This document shows positions 1-7,626 of a stretch of 20,532 bases of DNA, piece after piece. Under the pieces are notes generated by a model that saw only the letters and a list, made by a program, of their open reading frames with translations, was not told the DNA's origin and made no database searches. The number at the start of each line of letters is the position of its first letter. Within the stretch, counting starts at the first letter, position 1. The DNA lies in IMG/VR virus record IMGVR_UViG_3300046474_000274, positions 100,425 through 120,956 of that record. One strand, given 5' to 3'. A program made the position numbers and the translations under genes. This stretch comes from a virus. Lineage: Duplodnaviria > Heunggongvirae > Uroviricota > Caudoviricetes.

Positions 1-624
1 TGGCTCAAGGAATACGAGGCCAACGCCAAGCGGCACCCCGACGACCAGGTTGCGGCCGTTGCCACCTCGATCCAGAAGTTCGGCTGGACCTCGCCGATCA
101 TCGTCTGGAAGGACGGCACGATCATCGCTGGCCACGGCCGGCGCAAGGCGGCGCTGAAGCTCGGCTTGAAGAAGGTGCCGGTCATCGTCCGGCGCGACCT
201 TACGAAGGCCCAGGCCGACGCGCTGCGCCTCGCTGACAACCGCGTTGCCGGCACCGACTACGACCAGGCCGCGATCCAGATCGAACTGCAGCGCCTGGCT
301 GACGAGCTGGACGGCACGTTCGAACTGTCCGATCTCGGCTTCACCGATAAGGAACTGGATTTCAGCCTGGCTGAGCTTGGCGAGATTTCTGACGATCTCT
401 TCGTGGACGACATCTCCGGCGCCGTCGAGACCCAGAAGGAAGAGAACAAGGCCAAGGTCGAGGCAACCGATGACACGGCCGCTCCCGTCGGCGATGCCCT
501 CGGCTTCAAGCGGGTGACCATCGAGCAGAGCCGCAAGCTCAAGGGTCTGATGGCCGGCATTGAGATGAAGACCGGACGGAAGGGCGTCGAAGCCCTGATC
601 TACGTCCTTTCTGATGCGCAGTGA
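1..624 (+). CDS. ParB/Sulfiredoxin-like N-terminal domain protein (5' end outside window)
   Basis: Frame 1 is open from base 1: WLKEYEANAKRHPDDQVAAVATSIQKFGWTSPIIVWKDGTIIAGHGRRKAALKLGLKKVPV...ADNR. It carries the ParB-N hallmarks (SI..FG...PI, IIAGHGR, ADNR). The track start at 166 is an internal TTG. Confidence 0.9.
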   Translation, partial: WLKEYEANAKRHPDDQVAAVATSIQKFGWTSPIIVWKDGTIIAGHGRRKAALKLGLKKVPVIVRRDLTKAQADALRLADNRVAGTDYDQAAIQIELQRLADELDGTFELSDLGFTDKELDFSLAELGEISDDLFVDDISGAVETQKEENKAKVEATDDTAAPVGDALGFKRVTIEQSRKLKGLMAGIEMKTGRKGVEALIYVLSDAQ

Positions 625-626
625 TT

Positions 627-644
627 TAAGTAAGGACTTACTTA
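627..644. promoter_or_regulatory. Palindromic operator-like site, copy 1 (perfect)
   Basis: TAAGTAAG-GA-CTTACTTA fills the 22-bp gap between the stop at 624 and the ATG at 647. Confidence 0.8.
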
Positions 645-646
645 GG

Positions 647-1084
647 ATGACCGAACAGACCGCCGAAGTGATCTCTCTCGCAACCCGCAAGCCCTGGCAC
701 GAGGAGCAGGCCGAGAAGCGCAAGGCCCGCCGTTCCGATGGCCAGAGGAAGCGCTTCGAGAAGGACAAGGCCAAGAAGGATCACAAGACGGGCATGCTGA
801 TCATGCTCGACGAGGTGAGGGCGCTGATCGAGGCCGGCAAGTTCGAGGGTCTGATGATCTTCGGCCGCGATCCGAACAGCAAGGCATTCTTCAACGATTT
901 CATCCTCGATGTCGGCACCGTGCCACTCAACGACTATTTCGGCTTCGCCGGTCTGCTCGACACCGTGAGCCTCGAGCTCAAGCAGTGCGCCACGATGGCG
1001 CCGGCGCTCATGAATGACGGGTCGATCGAGGATCCGTATCTCGAGCCGGAATACGTGATGCTGGACCCGGAGGATTTCGAATGA
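647..1084 (+). CDS. Hypothetical protein (~145 aa)
   Basis: ATG at 647 avoids overlap with the upstream gene (track start 614); typical codon usage; ATGA overlap with the next gene; no recognised motif. Confidence 0.7.
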   Translation: MTEQTAEVISLATRKPWHEEQAEKRKARRSDGQRKRFEKDKAKKDHKTGMLIMLDEVRALIEAGKFEGLMIFGRDPNSKAFFNDFILDVGTVPLNDYFGFAGLLDTVSLELKQCATMAPALMNDGSIEDPYLEPEYVMLDPEDFE

Positions 1085-1722
1085 CCCTCTACACCATCAC
1101 CCGCAAGTTCAACACCTCGGTCGATCGCACCCCGCGCGTGCTGGAGATCGCCGAAGCCTTCGGTCTCGGTCTCTCCGACAAGGAATTCGTCGTCTACAAC
1201 GGTCTCCAGATCGAGATTAACCAGGGTGATGTCGTCTACATCACCGGTCAGTCGGGCTCCGGCAAGTCGCTGCTGCTCAAGGATCTGACGGCACAGATGG
1301 GCGAGGGCGGTCTGAAGATCGCCGATCTCAACAAGGTCGAGCTCGAGGAACGCCCTGTGATCGAGCTGGTCGGCAAGACCACGGTCGAGGCAACCGATCT
1401 GCTCGCCAAGGCCGGCATCTCCGACGCCTACATCTACCTGCGCAAGCCCTCGGAGCTCTCCGACGGTCAGCGCTACCGTCTCAAGCTCGCGATCCTCATG
1501 GCGTCCGACGCCGATGTCTGGATCGCCGACGAATTCGGCGCCGTGCTCGATCGCACGACCGCCAAGCTGGTCGCCTTCTCGATGCAGAAGGTCGCCCGGC
1601 GCATGGGCAAGACCTTCATGGTCGCGACCACCCACGCCGACCTCAAGGAAGAGCTCGGCCCCTCTCTCACCATCACGAAGCGCTTCCGCGAAAAGGTGGA
1701 AGTCGAAGGAGCAAACGCATGA
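1081..1722 (+). CDS. Stand-alone ABC-family ATPase with no transmembrane partner
   Basis: Walker A GQSGSGKS, signature LSDGQ, Walker B WIADEF, H-loop VATTH; no permease gene nearby. Confidence 0.9.
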   Translation: MTLYTITRKFNTSVDRTPRVLEIAEAFGLGLSDKEFVVYNGLQIEINQGDVVYITGQSGSGKSLLLKDLTAQMGEGGLKIADLNKVELEERPVIELVGKTTVEATDLLAKAGISDAYIYLRKPSELSDGQRYRLKLAILMASDADVWIADEFGAVLDRTTAKLVAFSMQKVARRMGKTFMVATTHADLKEELGPSLTITKRFREKVEVEGANA

Positions 1723-2030
1723 TGAATTTCGGCGATGCATTGAACCACCTCAAGTTCGACGGCAAGGCCGCGCGCCGCGGCTGGAACGGCAAGAACATGT
1801 TCATCTACCTGGAGAAGGGCTCCGCGCCTGGCAACACGGCCGTCGAGCCGACGAGCTGGGGCATGGATCTGATCTCCGGGGTCGACAAGGACCATTTCGA
1901 AACCGGCCCCGAGGGCACGACCGTCAGGCTGCCTCACATCAACCTGCGCGCTCCCAACGGCACGATCATTACTGGTTGGCTTGCCTCTCAGAATGACATG
2001 CTGGCTGAAGATTGGGTCGAGGTGCTCTGA
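1719..2030 (+). CDS. DUF2829 / Tad2-like protein (candidate anti-defence nucleotide sponge)
   Basis: N-terminal MNFGDALNHLK..GKAARRGWNGKNMFIYL and C-terminal GWLASQNDMLAEDW match the DUF2829 pattern (F..AL..LK.G....R.GWNG...W..SQ.D.LA.DW). Confidence 0.8.
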   Translation: MMNFGDALNHLKFDGKAARRGWNGKNMFIYLEKGSAPGNTAVEPTSWGMDLISGVDKDHFETGPEGTTVRLPHINLRAPNGTIITGWLASQNDMLAEDWVEVL

Positions 2031-2230
2031 TGGCAAAGCTCGTCACCACCGCGGACATCGTGATTCCGGCCGGCACCGAAGTCGGGCCTGGCCCGCTCAA
2101 GTCAGAATATTTCACCCCGCACGGCGAGATCATCATCGGGTTCGACAAGGACACGACCGGCTCGCTGCGCTTCGACCTCGATGAAGCCCAGGCACTCGGC
2201 CTGGTGAAGGAGGTCAGCATCAATGGCTGA
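2030..2230 (+). CDS. Small hypothetical protein (66 aa)
   Basis: TGATG overlap with the upstream stop (ATG 2030-2032) and overlap with the downstream start; no motif recognised. Confidence 0.65.
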   Translation: MAKLVTTADIVIPAGTEVGPGPLKSEYFTPHGEIIIGFDKDTTGSLRFDLDEAQALGLVKEVSING

Positions 2231-2546
2231 TCGCGGCTGGTATGGCGTCGACTTCGACGGAACGCTCGCAACCTATGACACCTGGAAGGGCATCGACCAC
2301 GTCGGGGAACCGATCTGGCCGATGATCAACCGTGTCAAGAGCTGGTTGGCTGCCGGCCGCGAGGTCCGGATCTTCACCGCGCGCTGCGCCGGGCCGGAAG
2401 ACTGCACGCCGGCGATCGAGAAGTTCTGCCTCGAGCACATCGGCCAGGTGCTGCCGATCACCAACATTAAGGACTTCGGTCTGATCGAGCTCTGGGACGA
2501 TCGCGCGGTTCGGGTCGAAGAAAACACGGGCCGCAGGATCCTCTGA
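2223..2546 (+). CDS. Minimal (capless) HAD-superfamily phosphatase
   Basis: Motif I GVDFDGTL, motif II IFTAR, motif III/IV K...LWDD. Confidence 0.85.
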   Translation: MADRGWYGVDFDGTLATYDTWKGIDHVGEPIWPMINRVKSWLAAGREVRIFTARCAGPEDCTPAIEKFCLEHIGQVLPITNIKDFGLIELWDDRAVRVEENTGRRIL

Positions 2547-2548
2547 CC

Positions 2549-2671
2549 ATGATCATGACCATCATTCTTCTCGTGCTGCTCGTGCTCTACCTCGTTCATG
2601 ACGAAGTGAAGTTTAGGCAGCGCTGGGAAGAGCTACACGAGCTCAAGGGCGACGAGGACGATGCTGCCTGA
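2549..2671 (+). CDS. 40-aa single-pass membrane microprotein (not in ORF track)
   Basis: MIMTIILLVLLVLYLVHDEVKFRQRWEELHELKGDEDDAA*; starts 2 nt after the HAD stop and overlaps the next start, exactly filling the gap. Confidence 0.6.
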   Translation: MIMTIILLVLLVLYLVHDEVKFRQRWEELHELKGDEDDAA

Positions 2672-3524
2672 TATCGAGACACTGATCGAGCGAAACGCGA
2701 GCCCTCGAGCTAATTTCGCGCTCACGGATCACATGTATGTGGAACGTGGGACCAAGGCTGATTGGGATCTGCTGCACGATCTGCACTACAAGGCGGAAGG
2801 GCTGCCGATCGGACCTCAGTTCTGGAAGCTGACGCTCGACGGGCAGACGATCGGCGTGCTCGTCGTCGGGATGCCGAAGGGTATGCTGAAGGAGCGCCAC
2901 CTGGTCTTCAAGAAGCTGGCGCCGGGCTCCGGCGACACGCGGCTGACCAACACCAACCGCTACATCTACATCAATGCCAATTTCCGCGTGGTCTCGCGCT
3001 TTGTCGTGGACACGATGTTCCGCGGCATCGGCGCCGGCTACCGGATGATGAACCTGGTCGCCCGGATGGACGGTCACAGGTTTATCGAAATCCAGTCGTC
3101 CATGTCGAAGTTCAACGCCTTCGGTCAGAAGGCAGGCTTCAACTTCGTCAAGCCGATGAACGCCAACAAGTTCGACGCCGGCATGAAGTTCTTCCGCGGC
3201 AATTTCGAGTCCACGCCGCAGGACTTCGAGGCCGTCGTCAACGAGCTGGAGAATTCGCCGAGGTTCGAGCAGCTCCTCGCCGCCTGCAAGGAATTCTACC
3301 AGAAGAACTCGGCCCAGGAGAATACCGGGTCCGCCCGTGACAAGGCTGACTCGCGCGTGGCTGCCATGACGCCGCGGGACGTGATCAAGGGTATCCAGCA
3401 GATGGCGCTCGCCTCGCCGATGTATGGCATCTACCAGAACCCCGACCTCGGCCGCGCCCTGCCGGAGAAGCTGCCGCTCACTGCCTTCGATCGCCAGAAG
3501 GTCAACGAAAGGCTCGTGCTGTGA
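2661..3524 (+). CDS. GNAT-fold acyltransferase-like protein
   Basis: Acyl-CoA binding motif A: SRFVVDTMFRGIGAGYRMM (~3021-3038), followed by FIEIQSSMSKFNAFGQKAGF, which resembles the GNAT beta5 strand and terminal GF motif. Confidence 0.75.
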   Translation: MLPDIETLIERNASPRANFALTDHMYVERGTKADWDLLHDLHYKAEGLPIGPQFWKLTLDGQTIGVLVVGMPKGMLKERHLVFKKLAPGSGDTRLTNTNRYIYINANFRVVSRFVVDTMFRGIGAGYRMMNLVARMDGHRFIEIQSSMSKFNAFGQKAGFNFVKPMNANKFDAGMKFFRGNFESTPQDFEAVVNELENSPRFEQLLAACKEFYQKNSAQENTGSARDKADSRVAAMTPRDVIKGIQQMALASPMYGIYQNPDLGRALPEKLPLTAFDRQKVNERLVL

Positions 3525-3769
3525 AGCCGCGTCGCACCGAGAAGCAGAAGGAGATCATGGGTCTTATTCTGAAGGCGGCCGGCGAGGGCAGGTTCCTCAC
3601 CACGACCGACATCCATGAGCTCGTCTCCTACGAGGCAAGCTATGGCGCGATCCGGATCTCTATTCGCTTCCTTGTCTCCCAGGGAATGCTGGAACGCCGC
3701 CCGGACGGTCAATTCACTCGTCTTGTTCCCACCTTGAGAGGATACGACTGGTTCCGCCCGACGACGTGA
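3521..3769 (+). CDS. Winged helix-turn-helix DNA-binding protein (82 aa)
   Basis: GTG start overlapping the upstream stop; helix-LTTTDIHELV-turn-SYGAIRISIRFLVSQGMLERR-wing(DGQFTRLVPT..G) pattern typical of wHTH. Confidence 0.7.
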   Translation: MKPRRTEKQKEIMGLILKAAGEGRFLTTTDIHELVSYEASYGAIRISIRFLVSQGMLERRPDGQFTRLVPTLRGYDWFRPTT

Positions 3770-3808
3770 ATTCCCATCCGTCTATCGTAATAGTTATATA
3801 TATGATAA

Positions 3809-3826
3809 TAAGTAATTACTTACTTA
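3809..3826. promoter_or_regulatory. Palindromic operator-like site, copy 2 (1 mismatch), inside an AT-rich island upstream of terS
   Basis: TAAGTAAT-TA-CTTACTTA; 3809-3822 is itself a perfect 14-bp palindrome TAAGTAATTACTTA; 3786-3835 has only 8 G+C in 50 bp. Confidence 0.75.
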
Positions 3827-3914
3827 TATATATCTTACCATGAGAGGACGGGAATGAAGATCCTCCGGTGATGAGATTCAAGGTCCGCGGCATTGAGAAA
3901 ATTTGGAAGAAAGC

Positions 3915-4577
3915 ATGTCTGAAGAAGTCGAAGCGAAGGAAGAAGTCAAGGAAGGCGCCGGCTCCACGGGTAAGCGCCTGTCTGATGCTGAATTCGCCGA
4001 AGCTAAGGAACTCTACGAACTCGGCAAGGCTGGCCTGTCTGAGCTCGCGGATCAGTTCGGCGTCACCAGGCAGGCTCTCTCGGCGCGTCTGAAGAACGCT
4101 GGCGCGGTTAAGGGCTCTCGGGCACACGAAGCTGCGGCTGCAACGAAGAAGGCTGCCACGGGCTCTCCCTCGGCTGCCGCGGCCGGCGCCATCGAGCGGT
4201 TCGTCGACAAGCGCGGCGAGTGGATCGAAGAAACCCGCATCACCGGTGTCCGTCAGCTCAAGCTCGCACGCCAGCTCGCCCAGAAGGCTATCCAGGACGC
4301 CATCTCGGCCGGCCGCTCGATCGCGACCGCGGATGAAGACCTGAAGGCTGTCCAGCGCTTCAACAAGATCCTCGTCGATAACCTGGAGTCCGCCCTCAAC
4401 CTGCTCGAAGCCGACAAGCACGTCGATGAAAACGACCTGCCGACGCTCAGCATCGAAGACCTGACCAACGAAGACATCCTCAAGCACCACGTCGGCACCG
4501 GCGCGCTGCCGGAGGATACGACCGTCGAGGATATGCTGGCCGGCGAGGCCGATCCGGAGATCGAGCTCGATGTCTAA
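3915..4577 (+). CDS. terS: Probable terminase small subunit (N-terminal HTH)
   Basis: HTH LSELADQFGVTRQALSARLKN, helical middle, acidic tail; overlaps the terL start; ATG 3915 preceded by GGAAG. Confidence 0.7.
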   Translation: MSEEVEAKEEVKEGAGSTGKRLSDAEFAEAKELYELGKAGLSELADQFGVTRQALSARLKNAGAVKGSRAHEAAAATKKAATGSPSAAAAGAIERFVDKRGEWIEETRITGVRQLKLARQLAQKAIQDAISAGRSIATADEDLKAVQRFNKILVDNLESALNLLEADKHVDENDLPTLSIEDLTNEDILKHHVGTGALPEDTTVEDMLAGEADPEIELDV

Positions 4578-5841
4578 TCCGATCTCCGCTCTGAAGCTTC
4601 ATCGACTGCAGAAGGTGGTCATGAACGACCGGCACCGCTTCCGCGTCGTCGTGGCCGGCCGTCGTTGGGGCAAGACGCAGGTCTCCAAGATTTCGCTGAT
4701 CAAGTATGCGGCTGCCAGGCAGAAGCAGCTCATCTGGTATGTCGCCCCGACCTACGCGATGGCACGCGACCTCATGTGGAAGCCGCTGAAGGCTGCCATG
4801 CCGAAGGAGTGGATCAAGTCGATCCACGAGACGCGCATGGAAATGATCCTGATCAACGGATCGGAAATCTCACTCAAGGGCGCCGACAAGCCGGACTCGC
4901 TGCGTGGTGTCGGCCTGCACTTCGTCGTCATCGACGAGGCCCAGGACATCAAGGAGGAGACCTGGGAAGAAGTCCTGATGCCGACGCTCGCCACGACCAA
5001 CGGCAAGGCGCTCTTCATCGGCACGCCGAAGTCCTACAATTGGCTCTACCATCGCTTCATGCTCGGTCAGCGCGGCCCGATGGTGAAGGATCACCGCAAG
5101 CGCCTGGTCACCAACGAATGGATGAGCTGGCAGTTTCCGACCATCACCTCGCCGTTCATCCCGCGCAAGGAAATCGAAGCGCGCCGGCGCGACATGGATC
5201 CTCGCTCCTTCCGTCAGGAATTCGAGGCGAGCTTCGAGACCATGTCCGGCCGCGTCTACTATCCGTTCGACCGCACCGAGCACGTTGGCGACTATCCGTT
5301 CAACCCGGCGCTGCCGATCTATATCGGCATGGACTTTAACATCGATCCGATGTCCTCGATCATCGTCCAGGAGCAGCCGAACGGCGAGATCTGGGTGGTC
5401 GACGAGGCTGTCATGTATGGCTCGAACGTCCAGGAGACGGCCGACGAGCTGTCGAGGCGCTATTTCAAGCACTTCAACCAGATCTCGATCTATCCGGACC
5501 CGGCCGGCAACAACCGCAATCACGACCGCGGCGAGACCTCGCTCGACATCCTGCGCGAGTCCGGCTTCAACCGGATCTATTTCAAGCGCAAGCACCCGGC
5601 CGTCCAGGACCGCGTCAACGCCGTCAACCGTCTGCTGCGCACTGCAGAGGGCGACGTGCGTCTGCGCGTGAACGCCAATTGCCGCAAGTTCATCGATTCC
5701 CTGGAGCAGACCATCTATAAGGAAGGCACCAACGAGGTCGACAAGAAGCAGGGCGCCGAGCACGCGACCGACGCTTTCGGCTATTATGCGGACTTCCGTC
5801 ACCCGATGCGCAAGAGCAAGATCCTGGGCGTTTCGATTTAG
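4570..5841 (+). CDS. terL: Terminase large subunit
   Basis: Walker A VAGRRWGKT, LKGAD..DSLRG, Walker B VVIDEA, coupling motif IGTP, RNase H-like nuclease GMDFN, YPDPAG, terminal H..DA..Y. Confidence 0.97.
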   Translation: MSNPISALKLHRLQKVVMNDRHRFRVVVAGRRWGKTQVSKISLIKYAAARQKQLIWYVAPTYAMARDLMWKPLKAAMPKEWIKSIHETRMEMILINGSEISLKGADKPDSLRGVGLHFVVIDEAQDIKEETWEEVLMPTLATTNGKALFIGTPKSYNWLYHRFMLGQRGPMVKDHRKRLVTNEWMSWQFPTITSPFIPRKEIEARRRDMDPRSFRQEFEASFETMSGRVYYPFDRTEHVGDYPFNPALPIYIGMDFNIDPMSSIIVQEQPNGEIWVVDEAVMYGSNVQETADELSRRYFKHFNQISIYPDPAGNNRNHDRGETSLDILRESGFNRIYFKRKHPAVQDRVNAVNRLLRTAEGDVRLRVNANCRKFIDSLEQTIYKEGTNEVDKKQGAEHATDAFGYYADFRHPMRKSKILGVSI

Positions 5842-5843
5842 GC

Positions 5844-5872
5844 TTGCAAGTAAGTAAGTCCTTACTTACAAT
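5844..5872 (+). promoter_or_regulatory. sigma70-like promoter for the portal operon with operator copy 3 (5851-5868, perfect) in its spacer
   Basis: TTGCAA (5844-5849) - 17 bp - TACAAT (5867-5872); TAAGTAAG-TC-CTTACTTA; AGGA RBS at 5889-5892. Confidence 0.8.
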
Positions 5873-5898
5873 GCGCGTTCATTGACGCAGGAACAATT

Positions 5899-7530
5899 AT
5901 GGCCGGAACCACGGAACATAAAGACGCGCTGAGGAACTTCTACGATCGCCGGCACCCCGGCTATCAGGAGTCGATCTCGCATTGGCACTTTCTCGACATG
6001 GCCTATCGAGGCGGCCGTGACTGGTTCCGCGACAACATTTTCCGCTACTACAAGGAAGGTGACCACGAATTCGAAAAGCGCCTGCAGCGCGCCTATCGCT
6101 TCAATCACACCAAGGAAGTCGTCGAGCTCGTCCAGAAGTATCTCTTCAAGGGCGAAATCACCCGCAATACGTCGGACGCGCACGATGTCGTCACCAGCTT
6201 TTGGAAGAAGGCGACCAAGGGCGGTGTGTCCGTCGATCAGCTCATGCGCCTGGTCTCCGTCGGTAACTCGACGGGCGGCCGCGTGGCGCTTGTGGTCGAC
6301 AACAACTTCCAGGCCGAGGTCGAGGTCTCCGAAGGCGTGACGCGCCCGGTCTCGATCGCCGAGGCCAAGGCTCAGAATTTCCGCATCTACGCATACACCG
6401 TGCCGGTCAAGGACATCCTCGATTTCGCCTTCGACGAAGATGGTGACGGCGAGCTCCTGTGGGTGAAGCTGCGCGAGATCGCCCGTGACGATCGGGATCC
6501 CTTCTATTCGACCGGCGACCTCATCGAGCGCGTGCGCCTGTGGACCCGCGACGGCTGGGAGCTCTACCAGGAGGTCGAGACCGGCGAGACCACGGTCATC
6601 AACGGCATTCGCACGCCGGTCAAGCAGGTCGAGATGATCGACTTCGGCTATCACAAGCTCGGCTTCGTGCCGGTCTATTTCGCCGATCACACGATCAATG
6701 AGGACAGCTACCGCGTCACGTCCCTGATCGACGATATCGCCTATCTCGATCGCGCCGTCGCCAACTATCTGTCGAACCTGGACGCTATCATTCAGGACCA
6801 GACGTTCTCCCAGCTCGCGATCCCGTCTCAGGCGATCCAGTCGGGCGACGACATGTTCAACAAGGTGCTCGAAATGGGCACCAAGCGCATCTTCGTCTAC
6901 GACGCTGGCGCCGGCTCGTCTGCGCGCCCGGAATATCTGTCGCCCGATCCCAAGCAGGCAGGCGTCATTCTGGCGGTGATCAACAAGATCATCAACGAAA
7001 TCTACAACACCGTCGGTCTCGCCGGCGAGCGCACGAAGGAAGACAATGCCGTCGGCATCGACAATTCCTCGGGTGTCGCCAAGGCATACGACTTCGAGCG
7101 GGTAAATTCGCTGCTTCTGGCGAAGGCTCAGTCCTGCCAGAACGCCGAAAACTGGTTGGTCAAGACCGTGCTTGCCTGGGCAGGCGAGGCGGCTCCGACC
7201 GACGACCTGGTCACCTATCCGACCACCTTCGACATCATGGGCCTGAACGACGAGCTGGTAACCGCCGAGGCACTGGCGAAGCTCCAGGGGCCGATCGAAG
7301 TGCGCCGCGAGCAGATGAAGTCGGTTGTCGACAAGATCTTCCCGCAGCTCAAGAAGGAGCTTCGCAAGACGCTCCACGCCGATATCGACAAGTGGCTCGA
7401 GGGCACTGACCTCCTGCCGCTGCCCACTTCCATCGGTGGCGCCAAGCCCGCTGCCGCCCCCAACCGTCAGGGCGAGGTCACCCGCACCACGTCCGCAAAG
7501 CCGAACACGACCAAGGCTGCAGCCAAGTAA
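5899..7530 (+). CDS. Portal protein (543 aa)
   Basis: Directly after terL; size and mixed helical/beta pattern typical of portals; disordered Pro/Ala/Lys-rich tail. Confidence 0.85.
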   Translation: MAGTTEHKDALRNFYDRRHPGYQESISHWHFLDMAYRGGRDWFRDNIFRYYKEGDHEFEKRLQRAYRFNHTKEVVELVQKYLFKGEITRNTSDAHDVVTSFWKKATKGGVSVDQLMRLVSVGNSTGGRVALVVDNNFQAEVEVSEGVTRPVSIAEAKAQNFRIYAYTVPVKDILDFAFDEDGDGELLWVKLREIARDDRDPFYSTGDLIERVRLWTRDGWELYQEVETGETTVINGIRTPVKQVEMIDFGYHKLGFVPVYFADHTINEDSYRVTSLIDDIAYLDRAVANYLSNLDAIIQDQTFSQLAIPSQAIQSGDDMFNKVLEMGTKRIFVYDAGAGSSARPEYLSPDPKQAGVILAVINKIINEIYNTVGLAGERTKEDNAVGIDNSSGVAKAYDFERVNSLLLAKAQSCQNAENWLVKTVLAWAGEAAPTDDLVTYPTTFDIMGLNDELVTAEALAKLQGPIEVRREQMKSVVDKIFPQLKKELRKTLHADIDKWLEGTDLLPLPTSIGGAKPAAAPNRQGEVTRTTSAKPNTTKAAAK

Positions 7531-7626
7531 CCGGCCGCACCTGCACCCGCATCTGGTCCGAGATACTGGACCAACCCGACTACGCCTAATCGAAACGCCC
7601 GAGACAATGGGTAAAGGAGACTGAGA

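Noticed and set aside
1-624. Plasmid partition parB locus
   Set aside because: No adjacent parA or parS repeats are visible and no HTH follows the ParB-N domain; the context is terminase-proximal
620-648. sigma70 promoters at operator copies 1 and 9 (also 17535-17563)
   Set aside because: The positions equivalent to class A give poor -35 elements (AGTGAT, GCTGAC), and the -10-like TAGGAT overlaps the start codon; only the operator is reported
1081-1722. ABC transporter
   Set aside because: No permease or substrate-binding gene nearby; only the ATPase domain is present, in a phage operon
3868-4092. 74-aa basic ORF overlapping terS
   Set aside because: Out-of-frame overlap with the better supported terS; Lys/Arg richness is an artefact of the shifted frame
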